64,000 bases of DNA, taken from Iphione sp. A-MEVVRFRX5. Lineage: Eukaryota. The stretch is from positions 29,884,001-29,948,000 of the forward strand of contig OZ320319.1 of the NCBI GenBank assembly GCA_976226885.1. The letters run 5' to 3'. A program made the position numbers and the translations under genes. Under the pieces are notes generated by a model. That model made no database searches and was not told where the DNA came from. It saw only the letters and a list, made by a program, of their open reading frames with translations. Of the stretch, positions 28,701 through 40,700 are shown in pieces (position 1 is the stretch's first letter; every line of letters starts with the position of its first letter).

Positions 28701-31700
28701 AATGAAGCGGTTGCACCAAAATGGATATCATACATAACGGTACACGTGTGGTCCCGGGGGATCACGAATAAGGCGAATTAGATCCCCCCTTTCCTCTTAG
28801 CAGATCATTCACTTCTCTTCATTTCATGTGTAAGCGATATTCAAATTCCCATGTTTTTTCTTCCCTGTAACCCCTCAACCGGCATACCTTACCCGCTGGA
28901 TAATCGCGCACACTTATTCCCCGCCCGATCTCTGCCGACCTCCCACCCCCGCCGCCCGCATGCAGGTGTACTTAACCACCAGCCGCAAGCAACAACCGCC
29001 AGAGCTGGATCACCTCCAGGGAGGCAAGTACGTCAGCGAGGAGCAGCTCAACACCTCTGCCTCCTTCTCCTCACAGCGCAGTGTTTACGACCAGCAGCTG
29101 GTCATGAGGTTTAATTGTACGCACGCTTTACCGCCAGGAGTTCTCTCACTTCCACTGTTTCAATCGTCAGAGAAGAACCTCCTCTGTGATGGGAATCTCT
29201 TCGCCTCGGGACAGGTGCGAGTCGACGCCAATTACAAGCTCGTAGTTCACGTGGAGCGTTATGTGTATGAGTTCAACTGACTGAAGTGATTTGGTAATTT
29301 TACCTTGAAGAACAGGTAGCAAGAGGATACTGGTATGGATTAACCGTAGGTGAAAGGTGACTTTCGCAAACAGGAGATGTATTCACGTTTTCATCTGGAA
29401 AACCCCGGGTCACACTAGAAATAATAGAAACAGAGCGGTGGGAAGGCCTTTGCTCTGCTTCATTTGCTGTTAGAGTCCTTCTTGCTGCACGACACTGTAT
29501 ACGTCCCTCGGTTGGAGCGCTGCGTCTGAGAGATGGGATTTGATAAATATTTAAGCAATCCGTGATTCACTCATTGTAGTCACTTGGCTAGATCTTGGTG
29601 GTGGCTACTGCGTCCGACGCGCCCCCCTGCGTGGACTCCGGAACCAGTCACAGACCACACCTATAGTCTGCCAACGAGACACACAGGTGCACGATAGGTC
29701 TCCTGAGCAGATCGATGAAGGAGTCCAACCAAACCCATATCTATGAGCATATTATTCACCTGTGCTTTTGTGACGGGAATCTGTTGGGATCCGCTTCGAC
29801 AATATCATTTACAGGTAGAACAGTGCTGCTTTGTACACGACGTAGTGTAAATAATTCAGTGACGATATAGAAACGCCAGCACAAAGGGAACATTTCTTTC
29901 ATATCACCTCACTACAATGACTGCATTGGTCTCACCAGGAGGTAACATTTGCAGCGAGAACAACAAAACAGCTAGTCGACTTCCATAGCGGCCCTTCGCA
30001 TCTGCTTAACTCTTCAACATCACCTGCCAGAAGCATCGACGATACTTAAATCGTTGATACATGTCAGGATTTTTACTGGATCATTTGAGATAATGCACCA
30101 AAGAGATATCTCATCTCTTATGTGGACGTCTTTAACGATACGGTTGCCTTCATTATAACCGCCGTACTTACAAAATTGCTTCCTTGTGCAAATTACCAAG
30201 GCCTCTGGACTATCCTCGAAAAGAACTACCTCTGAGCACAACACTACGTTCCATTATCAATGCACCGGGTTACTTAGAGGAGCATCAGTGGGCTGCTCGC
30301 CATTCAATACAGAGGAACCGTAGGATCTAGCTGGCATGATAGAGTATACCGTTTGAGGATATATCGGAAGGAATCTTGCGATGTCTTCCAAAATCAAGTT
30401 GAGGAAAAACCTGGTAAGGCCATTAAAATACGCAGATGCCTGAGTAGCACGAGGATACTTCCAGATATTCTTACACAGGACTGTGTGATGTTCACTCTCT
30501 TATATCGAGGAGTCTAGCAAGTAGTTGGGCGTTCTTGTTCATAGGGCCATAAGAACCTCTAGCTCCTCGAGCTTGTGGGATATTTATTTCATTAAGTAAC
30601 ACAACGAAGATAAACATCAAGTCCCACGTATAGTCTATTCTTATCTGAATGCTCCTAACTGTCTTATCGATTCCTGAAAGAGTAATGTGTTGGAATAATA
30701 TTTGGCTCCACAGATTGCTATTTTGGAATAGAAACCTCTAACAACTCATTCATTTTCCTAGGCACGGCGGCATTAAAGGGAGGCGCAGAGTACACGGTAT
30801 AATCGATAATCCGTCTACTCTTCCAAACTCTGCATTTATAATTGGCATCAGTTTCCTTAAAAATATGCGAAGTTTTGACTTTTGAAGTCCACCCTTAAGT
30901 GATATTCAGTAGATATAGATATTTTCCCCTTTTCATGTCTTTTTTTAAACCAGGTATTTGGTCATGTATCCAATACCTTTGATGTGTGTGTGTTCATTAT
31001 TTATCTCGTATTTTCTCACCAGTATCGAGCCCCAGCAATCGCATGATTGCATGGTTGCATGCATCTCCGGCACTTCATCACTGCAACAAAGCTCATTACG
31101 GTTGTTGCCTTCATCAGTATCAGAAACCAAAGGGGAGAACTCACTTTTGTTCACGCATTTATTGTGAAGTCATCGATTCCGTCTACGACACGAGGAAAAG
31201 CACGAGTGTTACATTGTGTTGGGAAAAAAAACTCACATCACACAATGGGAGACCTCAAGTCGGGGGAGAAAGTAGATAAGAAGAAAAAAACGAAAGGTGA
31301 CGCTGATGATATACAGCACGACAGTTTAAGGTTAATCAGAAGAAAGGCCAAACAGAAGGCGGGCAATGCAAACAAAAGGCGACAAATGCCACCAATATAT
31401 CCCCCAATAAGGGAAAGGACATTCATATTGGAACCCAAAAGGAAATCCAAATCGCATGCAAAATTTAAAACTAAAATAGGAAGGAATACGGTTCGCACAA
31501 AACCCCGTCGGGTAAGAGGTTTTCCTATCATGGTCCTTGTACGTAACATTCTTTCGTAATGCTCCCCGTGATAGCAATTGTCTCAGCCCGAGTGAAAAGC
31601 TATAGAGCAATGTATCGTGCTGTATCTTGTTTCAGTACGTCACTGTGTGATCCACAAAGAATTTTAGATTCACTATACACTTAACACTGCATGGGGATTA

Positions 31701-34700
31701 TCTGTGCGAATGTGTACAAGGGGTATTTTGTCCAATGAGTAATGCTGAGTATTTGAGTAATCTTTGTGAATAAATGCCAATATTGTAATTGTTGTATATA
31801 CATGTACACATACATTTGTATATAACTGGGTCTTTTACAGTATGTGCTATTTTTAGGTTATAGATATAAATGTCCGTGTATCAGAGTCTGAATTGGCTAC
31901 AATATGGGCTCCAGTATGGGTTCTACACGATTCCATTAATTCAGATTATGAAAGCGTAGTTGCACAAAGCTTCAGTTTAAATAATCCAGAGAAACATGTC
32001 CTCTTTGTTACATGTTAAGGCGGATACTGACTACTGTCCTCCTCAAATCAGGTTTACTGACTCTCTCGATCCATGCGAATCGCAAGGAAGTAATATTGTC
32101 TGCTTCATTCCCGACACTTCAGACATTACGAGTGAAACATACTCTTATACAAGTGACGCAGAAGCCGAACTAGATTTGCTACTACCCGTGATAGGAGGTA
32201 CGAATTCAATGAGTATCACTCCGAGTCCAAGAAGAAATAGTAGAGCCGAAGCAGCGGCATCGGATGCAATGCCTGTAGGTCAAAGTGATGAGGAAAACGC
32301 TACGGATCTTCTAACTGGTGATGGCGGTCTCACTAACGTTCAGTTGCCCGAACGTTCACGCAGCGATACTCCCGTCTGTAGTACCGGGACGCATGATCAT
32401 GCGCAACATCTACCAGAGATACAGGTGGAGAACGGAGAGGTAAGGGCAATGTCCCCACGCGAGGTCGATGAGGCCAAACATGTTCGTCTTACAGAACGAC
32501 CTGAAAGTACTCCAAGCACTGCAGCCGCAAATGCTGAGAGTCAGGATGGCGTGCATGAGGGCGAGGGAGAGTCGGTGGAGGTCGTCATGGAAACAGAAGC
32601 GAAACGAAGCCAACTGGACTGCAGTAAAGAAATGAATGAACCGGGAGAGCCTGTTTCTACACAGACTCTGGAACCGTCTACGACAGTAAGAAATTGAAGC
32701 TTTCTAATGCCAATGCAGTGCACATACGACTACGAAACGTGTTTCGTTTTCATCACCGGAAGTACCTGTAAATCAATGCATGTCACATTTCTGAGCATCA
32801 AGTCTCTTTGCTATGCTATAGTGGACCTTTCTGATTCTCTTCTCATTTCATATGGAACTTGCTGGTAAACCTTTGTGTTGAGACTCCGTATTCTTCATAT
32901 CATTCAACGCACTGATGCTGCGGATACCTCGCATGACCCCTTCCTAACTTTGTCAAGCTGACGTCTCGATAATAACCTCATATATCTCCGTGTCACAACA
33001 CAAACAGACCTGTGATATCCAACTTCTTTTTCTATGCCTCATAAGATTTCTAAATCTCCTTTTGACAGTGATATACATTTGTTTAAACTACGTACACATC
33101 ACGATAGGCTTATCTTATTTCCTGAGATTTCCTATTATAAAAGGCTTCTTCAGTTTATTGAGCCATGTTTCTCCCGTTGTTCGCGGCTAAACAGCAAAAA
33201 AATGCTTACAGAAAGAGAGAGCCATTTTTAATTACCATTCCATAGGGTTTTAGTAAAAGCCACACAGAGCTGTGTGTTTCTTTAGGGGAAGGTACCATCT
33301 GTGCATTCCATCACGGTTAGGTAGACCCGCTCCTGACATATGAGCTGTGGAAACATTGATGGAATGTTGCTGCACTGAACAAACACATTTACACTTAACC
33401 TACCCTTCTTGCGTCTCACCTGGTATTGCTAAGTGTTATTCCTCTTTAACCTTCTTGGGGACCTTCCTTTTCATTTAAAGATTTCATTTCTTTGAAAATT
33501 AATTACATGGTTACTTATTCTTTCAGTATAAGGGCCGAATAGGGCCATCCTTACCATATTCTGCTATGTAGTAGGTATATCGATGTTTCATTCAGTTCAC
33601 TGTATTGTACAAATGTGTACATAAGTACAAAGGGAGTATTTTCGCTCATATCATTGACAAATGGAGATTTACCTCACACAGGCAATCATAAGCTGTAGAG
33701 ATATCCGCCAGGTCAGAAGGATTACCCTCATAGTGATGACGTTGTCACAACACAAGATGCAGCGTTGACTAGAAGCCTGTTCGCGAATCTGTCACTGATG
33801 TCTGGATGTGTGACTAGCTCTTTGCAAATATTAGCTGGTTATTGTGCTGTATACCGTACACTCAAACCCGAGATCTGCGGTTCAACTGTTCAAGTCCAAC
33901 GGGACTACCCATCAGCACGCCCCTTTCGAAAGGAATCTGAGGTACACTCCTGGAACTATATCAGCCACTGAAACATTGTAATTTTGATGTGTGCATCTCA
34001 GATGCGGGAGACATTTGTTCGCTCTTGCGATCTGAACTTCGAGGGCTGAGGAAATCCCCTTCTCCTTTCTGTTATTGCATTGCGTTGGATCTTATAACTA
34101 CTTTGGGTAGCGTATGTTCGTACGTCATGAATGTAACAGTATAGTTTGATATTCCCTCTAACACCACACTGTAAAGCTAACCATTTTTTTCCTAAAAATA
34201 ATGTCAAGTAATCTACAAAATATTTCGCCAAGACGGAAAGATGCCAAGTGGGTTGGCACTGTACGAAAGAAACGGTCAAATTCAACCTTTGTTACAGAAA
34301 TGAGTGAAATCAAGTATATCATATTTGAAAAGGCCTGTTTCGCTTTATTGCTTACAAACCCATCCCGTTCAGCTTACTTTTCAATCATTCATGGCGTGAA
34401 GACGTTCAATTTTGTGATACACCATTGGTTATCGTTTGTTTTGTGAAATGCATGCAAAGCACGCTATACGTAACTTGCTCACCACAAAACAAATGAGTAT
34501 CTTCGACATTTTCCTGTAGAGTATTGTACAATATCTGCAGTAGAAAAATAGCTAAAAGTTGAAAGTAGTTAAAACAAAAAATATATGTCAGGTACATCAT
34601 AAGGTAGTCACAGTGCATCAAATATGGACATGAGGAAGGGCAGATGTCACCAATATATGAATCGTAAACTTGTGTGTGAAGAGAAGGTAGTGTGTAGTAC

Positions 34701-37700
34701 ATCTGGAAGGGATGTTTTAGATGAAATTTATCTTGCCCCCTTTGAATTTAAATGATACGTTCACACTTACTTGTTGCCAACTGATGTTTATAGCCATTGC
34801 AAGTAATAGTTCTCGGTATATTCCTCTTTATGTTAAGAAACCTGGGGTAATAGGCAGTAGTTAGGGACGAGGCAATATTTGCTGTCACACATGATGCATT
34901 GCAGATGAAACGCAATAGAACTCTGAATATTTTTAAAAAATGGTTGGTCATATAATATTAAATGGATGCACTTACATATATATGTATGTGGAGATGTGCG
35001 AACCACATACATCCTGGAGGTTTGGGTGTATGTTGAAGTGCTTCTTGGACGTAACTGACGTTCTCGGTCATATTACTCTCAAATAGACACCCGCCGGCAC
35101 AGAGAAGAAGAAGTATGGCATTGACTCTGTCAACCGAAACTACAAACCGTCCGGCGGCAATGTGAAGATAGTGGAGAAGAAAGTGGACGTAAAAAATGTC
35201 GGGGCACGAATTAACAACAAACCATCACCAAAGAATCCAGACGGCACCCCGATCACTCGTAAGTGTCATTTTTAGCATGCGGTTCTGAAGACTACACTGA
35301 AACTCTTGTAGTTACCTTTATTGTTTATCGTCAAGTCTAATGCGTCCATGTACCCCTTGTTCTAATATAATTTGGTAGTCACCTTTGCATCACGCACATA
35401 CTTATTTCTTTGGGAAGTCTTGCTTGCTAGTTGAGTAAGATACTCTGAGATCATCTCTCTAAAATGTTTGGTTAAGCTTTTGTACGTATATGAACCTTCC
35501 AGACTCACATAATATGTCGTTCTAAGTAAAGCTTGCTTTGAGACATGTTGTAAGACTGTGCGTCTTTTTATTGTCAGGGCCAGGAGCATACACACCCGAA
35601 ACACGTTAGTGTCTTTACATTATATTTTTATGGCTAGTAGATATCTGGTCAGTTATGTGATAAGCCACTTCAAACCGTTTTAGAACTCTCATACAGGGAA
35701 TCGAAAATTGACCTGGTTCTTCATATTTGTAGCACATTTTATGACTGTTGGTGCACGATACTTGCCCAGATATCCCTTTATGCCTTTATATTTTTTTGAC
35801 AAGTAAGTTTAAATCCAATAACAAAATATAAACAGAAGACTTTCCTATTTTCCATTGATATTTCTTTGCTTAAAATCACCAGTATATAGTACCAACCTAG
35901 TTTGCTGGCCACTATGGACTGTAGGGAAATGAAAGAGAACCCTCTTGATCTTCAATTTTATTTATGTTGTGGCTTGATTGGACTCTCACATTCAGACACT
36001 CTGTTTAAAGTGAAAAATAGCCTGAATTTTGGTGAAACCAAACATATTTATGATCTCCCATCGACAGTCAGAGGCATTTTTAGGTCAGAGGACCAATCTA
36101 AAAGAGTAGTAACAGAGTACTCTTTCACCTAGGTGTTATACATTGTCCTTTGCTGCGACCTGTAAGGGCCCCCCCCCCCAAAATAGGTGTGTTTCTGTGA
36201 CCCACCCCTACCTAGTAAAACCTCACCCTACCTAAAAAGAGTTTCTGAGGCTGAATTTGCTTAGATATGTGTTTTCATGGTGCATATTTTTGGTAAATTC
36301 AGTAGAAAAACAAAATCCATGAAAATACATCAAAAAACTGTAAAACTCATGCAAATTGGTCAAACATCTTCATATTGTCTTTATTATTATGGAAAACCAC
36401 AGGAACAAGGAAAACTACATTTAAAAAAAAAAAGATACCCCCCCGCTCCCTACCTAGGTTTTTGGTTGGTTGTTACCAGAAACACATCTATTTTTTTTGC
36501 CTAATCTTTGAATTCGATAGTTAAATTCCCCTGAACTAGCCATTTCCCCATTATTAGATATACCTTACAGTTCATTACATACGGTTTAACATCACTGGGT
36601 CCTACAGTATGAAACGCAATACCAAAAATGTATGTAGGCAATAGTAGGTAAGTACGTTAATTCCAGTCAAAACAGAGAATCCACTTAACCCTTAGCTTGG
36701 AATGCCTGGTATCCAGTTGAATTGGTTGCTACTGTATACTCTTCCATCCATGAAATGAACAACAATCCTTCTCCTCACTGTAAAACTGAGTTAGATCTCA
36801 AGGTTGGTTGTGTTTCCTTGTCAACTGACATTGAGATCATAATGGTGTCTGTCCATGTTGTAAGAAGACCTGTGCACAAAGGCCATACTTGCATGACATG
36901 ATAGAAATTCTCTTTTGTATAGTCTACAGTGTACATGCATTCAAATAAAGAATATTTTGCTTTTTTACACAACCCTACTAATTGCTTAATATGAAGTGCG
37001 GTGGTGAAGAAATAAAATGCGTATGTTATCTAGAATTAACATATTCATCTGCGATATAGAGACCCTAAAATGGAAATAGCTTATGCAAGAAATGATAATC
37101 AGATACGTGTAGTATGTCGTGTTGTTTGCCCTGACACATTAATCAATGAAGTCTAAACGAATCTTTTCTCTCATGTGTATAACAATTACTCTGTCCTGCT
37201 TGTGTAGCTAAAAGCAAAAAGATAACAGAAACGATCAAGACAATGACTCCCTCACCCAACACGAAGCAGGCGGCTTCCAAGATTGGGTCCTTAGCAAATG
37301 CTGCGCATACACCTGGCGGTGGACAAGTAAGTCATTACTGCAGTTAAAAGAAGACACTTTAGTGATTTGGTGTTACTGGTAATTACAGAAAATAATATAG
37401 CTATTTATTTCACTCGTGCATTGTGATATTTTGCACATTATAGTATACCTTACGTTTTGATCATTATTGCACTACTGGCTGATCATAGAAAATGAAATAT
37501 TTTATATACATCACATCAAGTTATGTAAAGGCTAGTGAGGTATTGCTGTCATAGTACATAACTTGCTGATCGGATGCATTAAAATCCGTTAATTTTATCG
37601 TAGGTTCGCATTGTGTCCAAGAAGGAGGACTTCAGTACTGTGACCAGTAAGTGTGGCTCTGTGGCTAACATCAAACACACGCCAGGAGGTGGCACCAAAA

Positions 37701-40700
37701 AGGTAATTTGGACCTACTCTTTTAAAACATTAGGTATTTCACTGTAACATAAAGAATGCCATGAGAGCTATTATCCTCAACAGTGTTAACCTGGCGCTAT
37801 GCCTGCATGGAGTTGAAAACAGTGAGGCGTATCTGTTTGGCTCACCCATCGTATATATATATATATATATAACCAAACAAACGTACATCGTTATATCACT
37901 CATTCAACAAAATTTGACATTCCCCATGTCCTCTTATTGTTAATGAAACATCATAAGCCGTAATATTTTTGGGGGGCTAACGTTTGTTTTATTATGAACT
38001 TGCACGTACTTCATTCTATTGTTTACAAGATCAGGCCAGTTATTAAACATATCAGGACTTTTGCCATAGCTTGCGTGTGCACTTCACCTAAGCCTCATAC
38101 TAAACAGTGTCTCTGTGCACTAAATCGTGTCTCCGTACATAACCCATTGAGGTCTTACGTCCAAAGATCGTGGAGGCATTGGATTAGATATAGCAAAACT
38201 AGTTCGAAAGCTCATAAACCCTTCGAAAGCTTTCTTTAACTTAATGAAATCTATAAAGAAAACATTTTCCCCTCCCCACTAATGTTAACAGATAGAAAGT
38301 CACAAGCTAGAATGGAATGTGGGTTCGCGAATAGGGTCGCTGGAGAAAGCAGACCATAAACCAGGAGGTGGCACTAAAAAGGTATCATCCGCTCCTATCT
38401 CCATACTTGTATACAGTGTTATACCATGTATTAGCCCTCCGTTAGCCCTTTCACGCTAGTACAATGCATTGTGCGGTATTTGTTTTCCTCTGGCAAATAC
38501 ACATGTCATAGCTTGACAAAAGTCCCAGAGTAGCGACTGTTTCTTTCTTTGGCACATCTAGCAGTATAGGACGGAATTTATAACATTCTCACCACGGTAC
38601 TACATTATTTAAAAGAACGACATTCAGTCATACTCAGCACATTTTCCAAGGTCAGACATGTACGTTCAGCGTATTTTTTCCCAGTAGAAATCTGCTTCCA
38701 TACAAGACCGCCTTCTTTAATACGCACAAAACATCGTAAGAATCATAAGTCAGATTACTTTGTACTTCCGTCATGAGCCTACTGCTATTTGTACACACAA
38801 CAGTCACAAAGACCTTTGTCTTGATTTAGTCCAAAAGTGTTTCTCCTGTAATTGTGTTGTATCTTTTTTTATCCTTGTACATAACCTTCCAATGGTACTT
38901 TCACTTGAAAATGTTTGATACATGGGACACATTTTTCTCTATTATATCTCTAGTAGATATCGCTTTTTAAGGATGGTACCGATTCTCACCATGAAGTCCT
39001 CCAGTTTTTCCATTTTTACCATCTTTCCTTGTAGTGGAAAGTCTTCCATTACAAATGCACATATACCTTCATGCATATATATACATATATATCATCTATA
39101 TCCATGCATGGAAATTCTCTTTCTGCTTGGAATCGATTTCTGAGTAGTACCAGTCGTGAAAAAAAACTCGTTTAAAAAACAGCGTAGCATGAATCGGCGA
39201 ACACTGCCCTCTTGTGTTATCCAGTGGAACTAGACCAGTACACACCTTGACCACGTGAAACACGCAGCAGAGCCATGCACGGAATGGTGAACCTCAGCAC
39301 TCAGTAAACCTGGTTTACACTCCGCTCCCAAATGCATAAGCTATTATTTCCATGTGAGCGTGTTTCTCGCCAGTTTTTTTTTTCAAAACTCGCTGACACG
39401 GACGTGAAATACGTGCACATAGAATTCCATCTTACGATCAGCTTCAGACCCTTCTAAAGGAATCTTTTCCACTGTGTTGAACTTTCTTAGCAAATGCCAA
39501 ACTGGATCTGCTTCCCTCTGTCAGTCTTCTTAGCTATGGATGATTTCTTGTTCTGTGGATAATCCAAGTTGTAAATGGTTTTTGAAGCATCTGACCAGGT
39601 AATGGAGAGCTGAATAAATTGTTGCTAGCTGGGCTTTGCTGCTGATAGTTACCCCTTTTCAGTATTTGTCACTGTTAAATAGTTTGCCTCATGTTTATTA
39701 AGGCGTTACTCCTAGTTAACCTTACGTGCACATACGGATGTATGGAAAAAGGAATATTTGTGCGCGATCGAATTCACGCTAATATGTAGTCTATAATGCA
39801 AAGAGATACATTCCAATCTTATCCTCTCCATAATAACAATGACACATTTAAAATAATGTAAATTTGATTATGCACATTATTAATAAGTTGAATATATAAT
39901 GTGCAAACCATCCCAGAAAATTCATGCTTTTACCAATCTTTTTGCATGTACTCCATAGAATTGACCTAAAAGCAAGGCATGAATTTGTTTTGCTGTTTCA
40001 TCCACATGCAAATGTGATCCCCACTCATCTCTCTTTCTTTATCCAGATGAATTGTTTCAAACGCTATTCAATTCGTTTTGCCAATGAAAATAGGACACAT
40101 GCTCTTTTAATTTTTTCCCAAAATGTGAAGTAAAAAGGAAGATATTTATCTGGAAAGTCGGCAATTAATCACAACCTGTCGGGGATTTATAACTTAATGT
40201 ATAGAGGAAAATCATAGAGAGTTCTGTATTCTTTTGAAATAATGAATAAGGTAAACAATAACTTATCGCTGACTAATTTACGACTTTCATTTCTATATCT
40301 TCTCTGCACTTATTCATGTAGATTGAAAGCCAGAAATTGTCTTGGAATGTCCAATCGAAAGTGGGTTCTCTAGACAACGCCAAACATTCACCCGGCGGTG
40401 GAGAGAAGAAGGTAACAGTTATTGGTTTATTTGTTAGTGTATATCCGAGAGATATACATGTGTTGTATTTCTATGACTTCATCCACTGTTTGCCATCTGT
40501 GAAAATGTGAAACATCGTTACCTTTATACATGTTACACACATCTCTGTATTTTGTTCTTATAGAAACGAGGAAAACGAGCAATTTTGAAGAGTTCTGCGT
40601 AATTATGTGTTTTTAAATGAACCATTCTATTTTTATTTCTAGAGGGCTTCCCAGCAGGAAGGTTATTAATGGCCAATCCGATCACTTGGTCATTCAACCT

